64,000 nucleotides of DNA from an uncultured Sphingopyxis sp. (GCA_964542975.1 CAZIVW010000006.1:22937-86936); one strand, 5' to 3'; shown: positions 20,643 to 33,530, numbered from the stretch's first letter. A program made the numbers and translations. The notes: generated by a model not told the origin, from the sequence alone.

Positions 20643-21590
20643 ATGATAAAGCAAGCTGTTCTTTTCCTTGGCACCGCCACGGCGGCCTTGTCCGCCCTTT
20701 CTGCGCCGACGGTTTACGCGCAAAATAACACCGTCGAAAAGCGCGTCGAAAAATTGGAAAGAGAGATGCGGGCGGTCCAACGCACTGTTTTTCCGGGCGG
20801 CAGCCCCACCTTCTTTGAAGGTGAAATCAGCCCGAACAGCAATGCCGTCCCCCCGCGCAGCACCAACAGCGCCGATACGCCGGTCATTCAATTGACCAGC
20901 CGCGTCGACGCGCTTGAGGCACAGTTGCAGGCGCTCACCGGCCAAAGCGAGCAGAATGCGTTCAAAATCCGCGAATTGGAATCCGCATTTAACGCCTATA
21001 AAGCCCAAGCCGAAGCCCGCGCGGCCGCCGCGACCAGCAGCGTCCCCAGCGAAGTCAGCGGCCTTGTACCCCCGCCCGTCACACGCACCCAAACGCCAAC
21101 GACCAACACGTCGGCCACCAAGCCCAGCACCACGGCCCCCAGCGGCGGGGCGGATGCCGCCCGCCTGGCCCGCGTTCGGCAAATCGACGTTCCCGCCACC
21201 GGCAATGATGTCGAGGACGGCTATAATTACGGCTATCGTTTGTGGGAGGCGAAATTATATCCCGAGGCCCAAAGCCAACTCAAAGAAGTGGTGGCGAAAT
21301 GGCCCCAGCACCGCCTTGCCAGCTTTGCGCAAAATCTGTTGGGCCGCGCCTATATGGACGATGGCAAGCCCAGCCTTGCAGCGGTTGCTTTCTATAATAA
21401 TTATAAGGACCGCCCCGATGGCGCGCGCGCACCGCACAGCCTGATGTATATGGGCGTTGCCCTCACCAATTTGGGCCGCAAGGCCGATGCCTGCAAAGCC
21501 TTTGCGGAATTGCAGGATGTATATGGCAGCAGAATGCCACAGGATGTTCGCACCGATGCAAACGCCGCAAAATCAAAAGCAGGCTGTTGA
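20643..21590 (+). CDS. cpoB: Tol-Pal associated CpoB/YbgF (coiled coil and TPR)
   Basis: Signal peptide, coiled coil, C-terminal TPR (AQNLLGRAY...ACKAF); upstream of tilS-ftsH. Confidence 0.85.
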   Translation: MIKQAVLFLGTATAALSALSAPTVYAQNNTVEKRVEKLEREMRAVQRTVFPGGSPTFFEGEISPNSNAVPPRSTNSADTPVIQLTSRVDALEAQLQALTGQSEQNAFKIRELESAFNAYKAQAEARAAAATSSVPSEVSGLVPPPVTRTQTPTTNTSATKPSTTAPSGGADAARLARVRQIDVPATGNDVEDGYNYGYRLWEAKLYPEAQSQLKEVVAKWPQHRLASFAQNLLGRAYMDDGKPSLAAVAFYNNYKDRPDGARAPHSLMYMGVALTNLGRKADACKAFAELQDVYGSRMPQDVRTDANAAKSKAGC

Positions 21591-21609
21591 CAGCCTTCGC
21601 CTAGAACGC

Positions 21610-22557
21610 ATGGCCGCCGGTTTACAACTGGCGGTCGGCGCGGGCTGGCAAAATAAACGCTATGGCGTGGCGGTGTCCGGCGGGCCGGACTCCATGGCGC
21701 TGACATGGCTGATGGCCAATTTATTGCCCGAAAATATGGCGGCGGCGACGGTCGATCATGGTTTTCGCACCGCCTCCGCCGACGAAGCGCGGATGGTCGC
21801 GGGCTATTGCGCCCATGAACATATTAACCACCAAATTTTGCGTCCCCCCGTCCCCATTACCGGCTCGCTTCAGGCCGCCGCCCGCACCGAACGCTATCGC
21901 TTGCTGGATCTGTGGCGGCGGGATCATGGGCTGGATTATATTTTGACCGCCCATCATGCCGATGACCAATTGGAAACCTTGTTGATGCGCCTCAACCGGT
22001 CCAGCGGCGTGTCGGGTCTGGCGGGGGTGCGCCGCCGCAATGGGCGTGTGGTGCGGCCTTTGCTGCAATGGCGGCGCGCCGAATTAATGGCCATCGCGCT
22101 GGAACAAGATATTCCCTTCATCGAAGACCCATCAAACACCGACCAACGCTTTGACCGTGCGCGGCTGCGCCATGCCTTGGCGGGACAAAATTTGATCGAT
22201 GCCGAGGCCGCGTCCCGTTCCGCCGCTTATTTGGCAGACGCCGAAGATGTGGTGGAATGGGCGGTCGATCAAGCGCTCGCCACTTGGCCGGCCAGCGATG
22301 GTCCCCATATTATCCGCGACCATGGCTATCCGGACGAGCTATTTCGCCGCATCATCCTGCGCCGTTTGCGCCACCACTGCCCGGACTTAAGCGTGCGATC
22401 TACGACGCTCGATTCGTTAATTTCTGCCATGCGCGCGGGCCGACGCGCCATGGTGGGGGACTTGTTGATCGACCGCCAACCTCGTTCTGGCGCACAGGGC
22501 CACACAATCTGGCGTATTTCCGCGGCTCCACCTCGAAATGACCAGAAAAACCCATAA
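21610..22557 (+). CDS. tilS: tRNA(Ile)-lysidine synthetase (start uncertain)
   Basis: [38 protein letters not shown]. Confidence 0.93.
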   Translation: MAAGLQLAVGAGWQNKRYGVAVSGGPDSMALTWLMANLLPENMAAATVDHGFRTASADEARMVAGYCAHEHINHQILRPPVPITGSLQAAARTERYRLLDLWRRDHGLDYILTAHHADDQLETLLMRLNRSSGVSGLAGVRRRNGRVVRPLLQWRRAELMAIALEQDIPFIEDPSNTDQRFDRARLRHALAGQNLIDAEAASRSAAYLADAEDVVEWAVDQALATWPASDGPHIIRDHGYPDELFRRIILRRLRHHCPDLSVRSTTLDSLISAMRAGRRAMVGDLLIDRQPRSGAQGHTIWRISAAPPRNDQKNP

Positions 22558-22658
22558 AGGGTGCATTGTTATTTAATCCTGCCCCCCTATCTTGTAAGTT
22601 AGACAGATATAGGCGTGATTTTTTCACCGCCTGCGACGATATTTTGGAAAGATTCTGC

Positions 22659-24605
<1,947 letters not shown>

Positions 24606-24608
24606 GGC

Positions 24609-25115
24609 TTGGTGCCATATCATCTATTTTCATCAAGGGGCGCGGCCAAAAGGTTCGCGCCCCTTTTTGCGCCCGCCGCCAGCATGGCGCTGTTCGCGGC
24701 GCGCGGCTTATCCTTGTTGCGCCGCTGGCCCGCACACAGCGCCGCCGCGCTGGCCTGTATCATGTTCATGGTCCCCGTCAGCCATGCCGCCGCCGCGCCC
24801 AGCGGCAGCGTGGCCCATTTCTTGGCCCGCGCCGAACCGCTGATGCGCCTTGGCCCCTTGGCCCTCGCCAGTCCCGAAGCGGGCCGGTTAAAGGCCGAAG
24901 TGATCCATGTTGCGCGCCTGTATAAAAGCCGCAATGACGCCCAGCGGCGCAGCGGCCAGCCCCGCAAAAGCTGCCCCCCACCCAGCGGAGAGATGGAGCC
25001 GGATCAATGGCTGGATCATCTGCGCAGCTATCCCGCCCCCATGCGCGCGCATATTTCCCTTTCCACCGCCTTTGAACATTTGATGGAAAAACATTTCCCC
25101 TGCCCTGCTCCCTAG
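24609..25115 (+). CDS. Hypothetical exported protein with a Cys pair (start uncertain)
   Basis: Signal-like segment, SCPPP...HFPC; fills the gap between ftsH and DUF3800. Confidence 0.6.
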   Translation: MVPYHLFSSRGAAKRFAPLFAPAASMALFAARGLSLLRRWPAHSAAALACIMFMVPVSHAAAAPSGSVAHFLARAEPLMRLGPLALASPEAGRLKAEVIHVARLYKSRNDAQRRSGQPRKSCPPPSGEMEPDQWLDHLRSYPAPMRAHISLSTAFEHLMEKHFPCPAP

Positions 25116-25129
25116 GGCAGACTGAGGGC

Positions 25130-25753
25130 ATGACCATTTATTGCGACGAATCCGGCGGATTAAACGCTGGTGCCATGACCTTTGCCGCGGTCATGTTGAC
25201 CCCCGATAGCGCAGCCGCGATCCACGACAGGTTTCGCAGCGTGACCGGCCTGCGCGGCGAGTTAAAGGGCAGCCGTATTGGCTTGGTCGAACGCGCCTAT
25301 TTGCTGGAATTATTTGACCGCGCGGGTGGCCGCGCATGGGTGGCAACGGCGGACAACGCCATGCTGGCGCATATCGCCCAATCCGCCGGTCATGGCAAAA
25401 AAGCCCATAGCGATTTGGAATTATACACCGCCTTGCTCAATCTGGCGATTGGCCGCTGGCTTCCCGAAACCGGCGGCGTGTGCACCGATGTGGTGATTGA
25501 CGAGGGGCGCTACGACCCCGTCATCCTTGCCAATGTACAGGCCGAAATTCAGGCGGGCTTGGGCCAATGGGGCCGGGCCAGCTTGGCCGACAGCAAGCGC
25601 AGCGACGGGGTGCAAATCGCCGATGTCATCGCCAACAGCCTTTATAATCTCACGGCAGGGTCCGAACGCGCGCCGCGCATCAGGCGCATTTTGGATCCCA
25701 TGCTGACCAGCAAAGCGATCCGCATCGCGCCCCTATCACCCACCGATTTCTAA
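25130..25753 (+). CDS. DUF3800-family protein (RNase H-like)
   Basis: YCDESG, ELKGS, VVIDEG, QIADVIAN. Confidence 0.85.
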   Translation: MTIYCDESGGLNAGAMTFAAVMLTPDSAAAIHDRFRSVTGLRGELKGSRIGLVERAYLLELFDRAGGRAWVATADNAMLAHIAQSAGHGKKAHSDLELYTALLNLAIGRWLPETGGVCTDVVIDEGRYDPVILANVQAEIQAGLGQWGRASLADSKRSDGVQIADVIANSLYNLTAGSERAPRIRRILDPMLTSKAIRIAPLSPTDF

Positions 25754-25804
25754 TCGTCCGCACGGCGCAGCCAACAGGCCCAGCCAATATCAGCAAAGCC
25801 CAAC

Positions 25805-25837
25805 AAAAAGGGCCGTGATTTTCACCACGGCCCTTTT
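25805..25837. terminator. Bidirectional intrinsic terminator
   Basis: aaaaagggccgtg...cacggccctttt between convergent genes. Confidence 0.75.
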
Positions 25838-25864
25838 ATCTATATCATGCGCGAATGGCGCAGC

Positions 25865-26209
25865 TTATTCAAAATCCGCACCGCTGCCTGCGGGGCTGCG
25901 CGGCGGGGCCGCTGCCGTCAAACGCAAAGCTTCGGCAGAGCGCGCGATCGAGCTGATTTCATCTGGCGTATCATCATCATCCAGAACAACTTTTTGCATC
26001 GACCCGACCATGCTGTCCTGCAAATCAGCGGGGAATACGGTCTGTTCCGCAATTTCACGCAAAGCCACGACAGGATTTTTATCACGGTCGCGGTCGACGG
26101 TCAGTTCCGAACCGCCCGAAATTTCACGAGCGCGGTGTGCGGACAGCAGGACCAAGTCGAAACGGTTGGAAACTTTGTCGACGCAATCCTCGACAGTAAC
26201 GCGGGCCAT
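25865..26209 (-). CDS. rpoZ: RNA polymerase omega subunit
   Basis: MARVTVEDC...NRFDLVLL...[12 protein letters not shown]. Confidence 0.97.
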   Translation of the reverse strand: MARVTVEDCVDKVSNRFDLVLLSAHRAREISGGSELTVDRDRDKNPVVALREIAEQTVFPADLQDSMVGSMQKVVLDDDDTPDEISSIARSAEALRLTAAAPPRSPAGSGADFE

Positions 26210-26407
26210 ATGAATTCCTTATGCGCGGGATATGCCATCCCCGAAAAAGGGCACGGCGGCAAGCGCTGCGCGCTACCAGTCCGGACCCCAAATGTCAAGA
26301 AAAGCGACATCCGATCTTATCTATTCTAACTGGCATCATAATCTATTTCCCACGCAATTGCGAAGCAAATTTCTTGCGGCCCGCCGCCTCTCGCTTATGA
26401 TTGGCCC

Positions 26408-27652
26408 ATGTCCGGTTCCCCTGCTGACCCTGCGCCCTATTTTCGCCCTGCATCCTTGACCGCGCGCGATGTCGCTGGCCATCAAATCGAGGTTATCACT
26501 ACGGGCAGCGAACGGCTGCGCCGCCTGTTGGCCCTGATTAACGAAGCCGAACGCAGCCTATATCTTATTATGTATATTTATGCGGATGACGCGGCTGGCC
26601 GCCAAATTGGGGCCGCCATGGTCGACGCAGCACGGCGCGGCGTGCGGGTGCGCGCGGTGATCGACCGTTTCGGTTCATCCAATTTGCACGACAGCTTTTA
26701 TGCGTCGCTGCGCGATGCGGGCGGCGAAATTTGCTTTTTTTCGCGGCGCTGGGCCTCATCCTATCTGATCCGCAATCATCAAAAGCTGATTTTGATCGAC
26801 GGCAAAATCTGCGTGTCCGGCGGATTTAACATCGCCGACAGCTATTTACAGGACAGCCATAGCGACGACTGGCTGGACCTTGGGCTAATCGTGACTGGCC
26901 CATCGATTATTCGCATTCGCCGCTGGTGCCGCCAACTGTTCATTTACAGTCGCGATCATGACGGCAAATTATTGATTTTACGAAAAATAATTAAAAATTG
27001 GCCGATCAGTCGTGCGCCCGTGGCATGGTTGGTGGGCGGCCCCACCGAACGCTTATCCCCATGGTCACGCACCTTGAAACGCGACATGGTCCGTGCGCGG
27101 CGGATCGACATGGCGATGGCCTATTTCTCCCCCGGCCATGGCATGTTGCGCCGCCTTGGCCGTATCGCAAAATTTGGCAAAGCCCGCTTTATTATGTCGG
27201 GCAAAAGCGACAATGGGGCAACCATTGGCGCATCCCGCCTCGCTTATCGTCATTTGCTAAAACGCGGGGCCAAAATATCCGAATTTGGCGAATGTCGATT
27301 TCATATGAAATTGATCGTCATCGACGACATCACCTATATTGGCACCGCCAATTTTGACGTGCGCAGTCTGTTTTTGAATGTCGAAATGATGCTGCGCGTG
27401 GCCGATGCCGATTTTGCCAGCGATATGCGCCGCTTGATCCGCGAAGTGGAACAAGCCTCCGCGCCCATCACCTTGGCAGAGCATATGAAAAACGCCAATT
27501 TCTTCACGCGTTTGCGCTGGACCTTGGCATGGCTGGTGGTCGGCGTGGTGGATTATACCGTATCACGCCGCCTGAATTTCGGCCTGCGCGATGACCCCGC
27601 CCTTGCCGAAGCGGCGGAAGCCTATCGCGCGGACCAGCTCGACCGCGTGTAA
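26408..27652 (+). CDS. Phospholipase D family, cardiolipin synthase-like
   Basis: Two HKD motifs (RNHQKLILID, HMKLIVID...GTANFD). Confidence 0.9.
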   Translation: MSGSPADPAPYFRPASLTARDVAGHQIEVITTGSERLRRLLALINEAERSLYLIMYIYADDAAGRQIGAAMVDAARRGVRVRAVIDRFGSSNLHDSFYASLRDAGGEICFFSRRWASSYLIRNHQKLILIDGKICVSGGFNIADSYLQDSHSDDWLDLGLIVTGPSIIRIRRWCRQLFIYSRDHDGKLLILRKIIKNWPISRAPVAWLVGGPTERLSPWSRTLKRDMVRARRIDMAMAYFSPGHGMLRRLGRIAKFGKARFIMSGKSDNGATIGASRLAYRHLLKRGAKISEFGECRFHMKLIVIDDITYIGTANFDVRSLFLNVEMMLRVADADFASDMRRLIREVEQASAPITLAEHMKNANFFTRLRWTLAWLVVGVVDYTVSRRLNFGLRDDPALAEAAEAYRADQLDRV

Positions 27653-27653
27653 T

Positions 27654-28292
27654 TCAGTCTTTCCAACCCCAGAATAAAAAGCATGGCGGAACATTCCACC
27701 ATTCAAAATCCTTGTCGATGCGGCGGAAATGCGCGGCCAGAAAATCCCGTGCCTTGGCCCGAAATTGATAAACCAAAAAGGCACCACCGGGCCGCAACGC
27801 GCGATGCGTCGCCGCCGCAATCGCTGGCCCCACACCGTCGGGCAGCGTCGAAAAAGGCAAGCCAGACAAAATATAATCGGCCTGTTCATACCCATGTTCC
27901 GCGATAATCGCTTCGACATCCGCCGCCGACCCATGCACCGCGACAAAGCGGCTGTCGGATATTTCTTTGTTCAAATAATCGATAAAATCGGCATTGGTGT
28001 CGATGGCAATCAGCTTGGCATCACCCGACAATTTTTCCAGCACCGGACGGCAAAATGTGCCGACACCCGGCCCATATTCCACAAATAATTTGGTATTTTT
28101 CCAGTCCACCGGTCCCAGCATCCGGCGAATGAGCGCGGGCGACGATGGCACCACGCTGCCCACCATCACCGGATGTTTCACAAACCCCCGAATGAACATG
28201 CCCCATGGACCCAAAATCCGCTTGGACCGTGCGGTTACGCGCTTCAAAAAATCGGAACGTGATGGTTGAGTATGCGCATGCGGATTTGTCAT
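27654..28292 (-). CDS. Phospholipid N-methyltransferase (PmtA-like)
   Basis: VGSVVPSS, VEYGPGVG, SGLPF. Confidence 0.85.
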   Translation of the reverse strand: MTNPHAHTQPSRSDFLKRVTARSKRILGPWGMFIRGFVKHPVMVGSVVPSSPALIRRMLGPVDWKNTKLFVEYGPGVGTFCRPVLEKLSGDAKLIAIDTNADFIDYLNKEISDSRFVAVHGSAADVEAIIAEHGYEQADYILSGLPFSTLPDGVGPAIAAATHRALRPGGAFLVYQFRAKARDFLAAHFRRIDKDFEWWNVPPCFLFWGWKD

Positions 28293-28375
28293 AGTCGCTT
28301 TCGCTTTGCTTCCGTTGCGCCAAGCGTGGCAAAATCCCACCAAGCGCGCAACAAAAGAGTGGGTTCAGATAGGAA

Positions 28376-28537
28376 GGTCAGGCCCCATAAATTTCATGTT
28401 ATCGGCGTCGGGACTCAACCGACAGGCCCCATGGCTTCACCGAAAAGCCTTGAAATCTTATCATACTCCTCCGTCTTTCCGCCTCGCCCTGCGACCTATC
28501 GCCTCAAGCATCGATCACGAATTTATGGGGCCTGACC
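28376..28537. repeat. 162-bp element with perfect 18-bp terminal inverted repeats (MITE-like)
   Basis: ggtcaggccccataaatt at 28376-28393 and aatttatggggcctgacc at 28520-28537. Confidence 0.7.
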
Positions 28538-28605
28538 CTAGACACAACGCCTCGACCCGCTATCGTGGTTCCGCACCCTAACAAAAATGAAAGAAAATAT
28601 GGGGA

Positions 28606-29934
28606 ATGACGGAGAGTAGCAGCAGCCTTCCCAAGGACCGCATGGCCGTATTATTTTTGGTTATGTTGGTGGCCGCCGCGGGAAACACCGCCATGCAGTC
28701 GATCTTACCGGCCATCGGAACCAAGCTGAAAATTCCGGATGTCTGGGTCAGTCTGGCCTTTAGCTGGTCGGCCTTATTATGGGTATTTACCGCGCCCTAT
28801 TGGGCCCGCATGTCGGACAGGCGCGGACGCAAGGCGTTGATGTCGCTTGGCATCTTTGGCTTCGTCAGTTCGATGCTGCTGTGCGGCCTGATTTTGTGGG
28901 TCGGCCTGTCCGGTTGGTTGGTCGCCAGCCTGACCTTCATCCTATTTGCGCTATCCCGCAGCCTTTATGGCGGCCTTGGGTCCGCCGCCCCGCCCGCTGT
29001 GCAAGCCTATGTTGCGGCGCGAACCGACCCCAGCGAACGAACACGCGCGCTGTCCTTGGTGTCCTCCTCCTTCGGGTTGGGGACCGTTATTGGTCCGGCC
29101 GTGGCTCCCTTTTTCATTCTGCCCATTTTCGGCTTGGCTGGTCCCATGCTGATATTCGCTTTGCTGGGCGTCATCGTCTTGATCTTGCTTCATTGGCGCT
29201 TGCCCGATGATATGCCCCGTTTTGCCGCGCGCGGCAAAATCATGTCCTATCCCCTATCCGGCGGCCCCCCCGAGCCAACGCAGGACGAGCTAGAGGAAAG
29301 CTCGGACGCCGACGATATGGCCCCTACCCCGCCACCCCAGTCCCATTTGCGCTGGCGCGACAAGCGGATTGCGCCGTGGTTGGTCGCGGGTTTGCTAGGC
29401 GGCCAAGCACAGGCCATGCTGCTGGGGATGATCGGTTTTGTCATTTTGGACCGCTTGCATCTGCGCGCCAATCCCGACGAAGGCGCCGCCTTCACCGGTA
29501 TCGTCTTGATGGCCGGTGCTTTTGCAACCTTATTGGCGCAATGGGGGCTTATTCCCTTGCTGCAAATGTCGGCGCGAACGGCGGTGCTGCTGGGTGCATT
29601 GCTCGGCGGTGTGGGGGCGACGGCGCTGGCCTTCGCCAGCGACCTGCATTCCATCGTCATCATTTTTGCCTTCACGTCGCTGGGTTTCGGCTTGTTCCGC
29701 CCGGGTTTTACGGCGGGCATATCTTTGGCCGTTCCGCGCAGCGAACAAGGTGCTGTCGCGGGCATGACGGCATCCATCAATGGCTCCGCCTATATTATTT
29801 CACCCGCCATGGGGGTCTTGCTCTATAATTGGCATGAAGGCATCGCATTTGGGCTGATGGCCTTTTTCTGCTTTGCCTTGGTGCTCTGGGGCGTGTCTGC
29901 ACTCAAGCTGCCCGACCTCAGCAAAGCGAGGTAA
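28606..29934 (+). CDS. MFS transporter (DHA1/TetA-like)
   Basis: About 12 TMs, motif A SDRRGRK, AVQAYVA. Confidence 0.9.
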   Translation: MTESSSSLPKDRMAVLFLVMLVAAAGNTAMQSILPAIGTKLKIPDVWVSLAFSWSALLWVFTAPYWARMSDRRGRKALMSLGIFGFVSSMLLCGLILWVGLSGWLVASLTFILFALSRSLYGGLGSAAPPAVQAYVAARTDPSERTRALSLVSSSFGLGTVIGPAVAPFFILPIFGLAGPMLIFALLGVIVLILLHWRLPDDMPRFAARGKIMSYPLSGGPPEPTQDELEESSDADDMAPTPPPQSHLRWRDKRIAPWLVAGLLGGQAQAMLLGMIGFVILDRLHLRANPDEGAAFTGIVLMAGAFATLLAQWGLIPLLQMSARTAVLLGALLGGVGATALAFASDLHSIVIIFAFTSLGFGLFRPGFTAGISLAVPRSEQGAVAGMTASINGSAYIISPAMGVLLYNWHEGIAFGLMAFFCFALVLWGVSALKLPDLSKAR

Positions 29935-29957
29935 ATTCATGGAAAAGCAAATGGGAT

Positions 29958-29992
29958 AAAAAAAGGGCCGCTGTGACGCGGCCCTTTTCTTT
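29958..29992. terminator. Bidirectional intrinsic terminator
   Basis: aaaaaagggccgc...gcggcccttttcttt. Confidence 0.75.
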
Positions 29993-30019
29993 TAACCTGA
30001 TCTCGGCATGTTCCGATGA

Positions 30020-32335
30020 TTATGGCTCATCATGTTTGCGATCGCGCACTGGTTTCAACATGCCGGGGGCGAAAAAGCCGATGGGGTCGACACTCATCGC
30101 ATTTTGCTTAATTTCGCCTTGGATTTTCTCATAATCCCGCTCCATCGCTTCGGTCACCGATGCCCGTGTATCCGCCAGCGCCGCTTCAAAATCCGCCGCC
30201 GTCACGACATCGCTATCCATCGACCGCTTGAGCGCCGCCAACCCAGCCCGCCGCACCAGATCTTCCAAATCTGCGCCAGTAAAGCGGTCTGCCCGTGCCG
30301 CCAGATCATCCAAATTCACATCCGATGCCAAGGGCATATTTTTGGTGTGAATTTCCAATATGCGTTTGCGCCCATCGGTGGTGGGAACCGACACATAAAT
30401 CAGCTCATCCAAGCGTCCGGGACGCAGCAAAGCGGGGTCAATCAAATTGGGCCGATTGGTCGCCCCAATGACGACAACCGACTGCATTTCTTCAATGCCG
30501 TCCATTTCCGCCAAGATCGTGTTGACGACCCGCTCGGTCACTTGCGGTTCACCCGATGCCCCCGAACCGCGCGCGGGTACCAAACTGTCCAGTTCGTCGA
30601 TAAAGATAATCGTCGGGGCCACCGCCCGCGCCCGCGCAAACAGACGCGCAATTTGCTGTTCGCTTTCCCCATACCATTTGGACAGCAAATCCGATGATTT
30701 GATGGCAATGAAATTGGCATCCGCTTCCCGTGCTGCCGCCTTGGCCAGCAAGGTTTTGCCGGTCCCCGGTGGGCCATAAAGCAGAAAGCCTTTGGCCGGA
30801 CGAATGCCCAAACGGCGGAAAGCTTCGGGATTTTTCAGGGGCAATTCAATCCCCTCAATCAGCCTGTCCCGCGCAGCATCCAAGCCGCCAATATCGCTCC
30901 ACCTTGTGGTGGGGGCTTGCACCATCACTTCGCGCATCGCGGATGGTTGCACCCGTTTCAAGGCGTTGAGGAAATCGTCGCGGGTCACGCGCAATTCGTC
31001 CAGCACCTCTGGCGGGATGGTCCCTTCTTCCAAATTCAGCTTGGGCATGATGCGGCGCACGGCGTCAATCGCCGCTTCACGGGTCAGCGCCGCCATATCA
31101 GCGCCCACAAAACCAAAGGTGGTGCGCGCCAATTCCGCCAAATCCACATCCTGTGCCAAGGGCATACCGCGCGTGTGGATGCCCAAAATCTCGCGCCGTC
31201 CGCTTTCATCCGGCACACCGATCACAATTTCGCGGTCAAAGCGGCCTGGCCGCCGCAGCGCCTCATCCAGCGCATCGGGCCGATTGGTGGCCGCAATGAC
31301 AACCAAATTGGTGCGCGGTTCCAACCCGTCCATCAAGGTCAGCAGTTGCGCGACGATCCGCTTTTCCGCCTCGCCCTGCACCTGCCCGCGCTTGGGCGCG
31401 ATGCTGTCAATTTCGTCGATAAACAAAATCGACGGGGCAGATTTCGCCGCTTGTTCGAAAATCTCCCGCAACCGGCCTTCGCTTTCACCATAGGCGCTGC
31501 CCATGATTTCTGGCCCGTTAATCAGGAAAAACTGCGCATCGCTTTCATTGGCAACCGCGCGCGCGAGGCGGGTTTTGCCCGTTCCCGGCGGCCCATAAAG
31601 CAACACGCCGCGCGGCGGATCGACGCCCAGTCGCTGGAATAATTCGGGGTAACGCAGCGGCAGTTCGACCATTTCGCGCAATTGGTTGATCGTTTCGCCC
31701 AAACCACCCAAATCATCATAGGTCACATCGGTCCGGCGGCTGTCCTGCGGCTCGACATATTCGGGCAGCAGCTCAACCTCGGTATTTTCGTCAATATAGA
31801 CAACGCCTTTGGGGCTGGCGGACACCACCATCAAACGCACTTCGGCCAAGGCATATGCGGGGGCGTTGAGCATCTGGCGCAATTGCGGCGGCAAATCCCC
31901 ACTCGCCAATTGCTGCTGCCCCGTGGTTGCGACCGTGTCACCCGCCACAAAGGGCCGTCCCAAAAAGCTGCGTTTCAGCGCCAGCGCGGACCCTTGCAGG
32001 CGCAAATTTTCTTGGGCAGGCGCAAAGGCGACCCGCATGGCAGGGCGCGCTTCCACCCGTTCCAACACCACATGATCGCCCGCACCCGCCCCCGCATTGG
32101 CGCGCTGCAACCCGTCCAAGCGAATGACCGCCAGCCCTTCATCCTCGGCATACGGCACCATGACACGCGATACGGTATGTTTTTTACCGCTAATTTGGAT
32201 CACATCGCCTTCGGTCACGCCCAATTCGGCCATGACATTGCGCGGGATGCGGGCAATACCCCCGCCGCTTTCTTCGGCCCGCGCATTGGCGACCTGTAAT
32301 TTCACTTGATGTTCCTTATCATTGTCGTCGGCCAA
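30020..32335 (-). CDS. CDC48/VCP-family double AAA+ ATPase
   Basis: N-domain plus two AAA modules (GPPGTGKT twice, FIDEIDS/FIDELDS); probable TTG start behind GGGAGG. Confidence 0.92.
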   Translation of the reverse strand: MADDNDKEHQVKLQVANARAEESGGGIARIPRNVMAELGVTEGDVIQISGKKHTVSRVMVPYAEDEGLAVIRLDGLQRANAGAGAGDHVVLERVEARPAMRVAFAPAQENLRLQGSALALKRSFLGRPFVAGDTVATTGQQQLASGDLPPQLRQMLNAPAYALAEVRLMVVSASPKGVVYIDENTEVELLPEYVEPQDSRRTDVTYDDLGGLGETINQLREMVELPLRYPELFQRLGVDPPRGVLLYGPPGTGKTRLARAVANESDAQFFLINGPEIMGSAYGESEGRLREIFEQAAKSAPSILFIDEIDSIAPKRGQVQGEAEKRIVAQLLTLMDGLEPRTNLVVIAATNRPDALDEALRRPGRFDREIVIGVPDESGRREILGIHTRGMPLAQDVDLAELARTTFGFVGADMAALTREAAIDAVRRIMPKLNLEEGTIPPEVLDELRVTRDDFLNALKRVQPSAMREVMVQAPTTRWSDIGGLDAARDRLIEGIELPLKNPEAFRRLGIRPAKGFLLYGPPGTGKTLLAKAAAREADANFIAIKSSDLLSKWYGESEQQIARLFARARAVAPTIIFIDELDSLVPARGSGASGEPQVTERVVNTILAEMDGIEEMQSVVVIGATNRPNLIDPALLRPGRLDELIYVSVPTTDGRKRILEIHTKNMPLASDVNLDDLAARADRFTGADLEDLVRRAGLAALKRSMDSDVVTAADFEAALADTRASVTEAMERDYEKIQGEIKQNAMSVDPIGFFAPGMLKPVRDRKHDEP

Positions 32336-32517
32336 AACCTGCCTCCCACCAAAAACCAAAGTGCCAATCACTTGTTAACAAAACACATAGGAAGCGCCTT
32401 CGCAATTTGCGACCCCTGCCCTATCATGTCATTTTTCCCAACGCTTCGGCGCGATATTCGTTACGGAAAAACTAGAGGCTTGTTCTTTCCGATAAAGCCA
32501 GCATAAGCGGGACAGTT

Positions 32518-33396
32518 ATGGCAAGATTACCCCCGATCAGCAGCATGGAAGCATTTTTGGAAGTGGCCCGCCACGGCACCGTCAAGGCTGCTGCGACGGA
32601 ATTGGGCCTGTCTATGCCGGCTTTGTCCCGCCGCATCCAAACCTTGGAACATGCGGTGGGTCGGCCTTTGTTCAACCGCCACCACCACGGCCTGACATTG
32701 ACGGAATCCGGCCGCAGCCTGCAAGAAAATCTCGCGCCGCTGCTCGACGAACTGCGCTCGGTGATCAAAAAAGTGGGCAGCCCCAACGCACAGGTCCGCC
32801 TGCGGCTCAATTTGCTGCCGCTCTTTGCCCAGCAACGCTTGTTTCCGCGTATGCCGGAACTTCGCGCTTTGCACCCTGAATTGCATATCGACATCGACAC
32901 CATGTCCCATGCCGAAGCCCGGCTGGGGGACGGTATTGATGCAGCCATTGCGCTCGCCCGTCATGTCGATCCGGCGCTCTATTCCGCACGGCTGGATCAA
33001 GACAAAGTATTTCCCATTGCATCCAGCAAATTGACCGATGCCGGACGCCCCATCACCGTGCCCGAACAATTACAGCGGATGAACATCCTGCTGCACCGCG
33101 AAATGCCGGACACGTTCAACGAATGGCGCAAGGCCATTGGCATGCCTTATTTGGAACCGGCAGGCACCGATTATTTCGACAGCGGCCCATTGATTTTGGA
33201 AGCCGCAGCCCAAGGCTTGGGTGTGGCCTTCATGATGGGTCAACATTTGGACGACAGCCACGACCCGCGCCTGACCCGTCTGTTCAATTATGACGTCGAC
33301 AGCCCCTACAGCTATTGGTTTGTATGCCGCCCGCGCGCGCTGCGCCAACCCGCCGTCAAAATGTTTCACGACTGGCTGTTATCTGCCAATATTTAA
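32518..33396 (+). CDS. LysR-family regulator (GcvA-like)
   Basis: N-terminal HTH AAATELGLSMPALSRRIQTLE, LTESG. Confidence 0.93.
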   Translation: MARLPPISSMEAFLEVARHGTVKAAATELGLSMPALSRRIQTLEHAVGRPLFNRHHHGLTLTESGRSLQENLAPLLDELRSVIKKVGSPNAQVRLRLNLLPLFAQQRLFPRMPELRALHPELHIDIDTMSHAEARLGDGIDAAIALARHVDPALYSARLDQDKVFPIASSKLTDAGRPITVPEQLQRMNILLHREMPDTFNEWRKAIGMPYLEPAGTDYFDSGPLILEAAAQGLGVAFMMGQHLDDSHDPRLTRLFNYDVDSPYSYWFVCRPRALRQPAVKMFHDWLLSANI

Positions 33397-33530
33397 CCTG
33401 CCGCGCTGGCCCAATCGGCTTATTTTGCGGCAAGCAAAATTTCACCAAGGCTGACCGCTTTTGACCCCGTCTTGTGAGCAAACTGGTATTTTCCATTTTC
33501 GCTCACATGTTCGTTCAAAAGGGGTCATCG

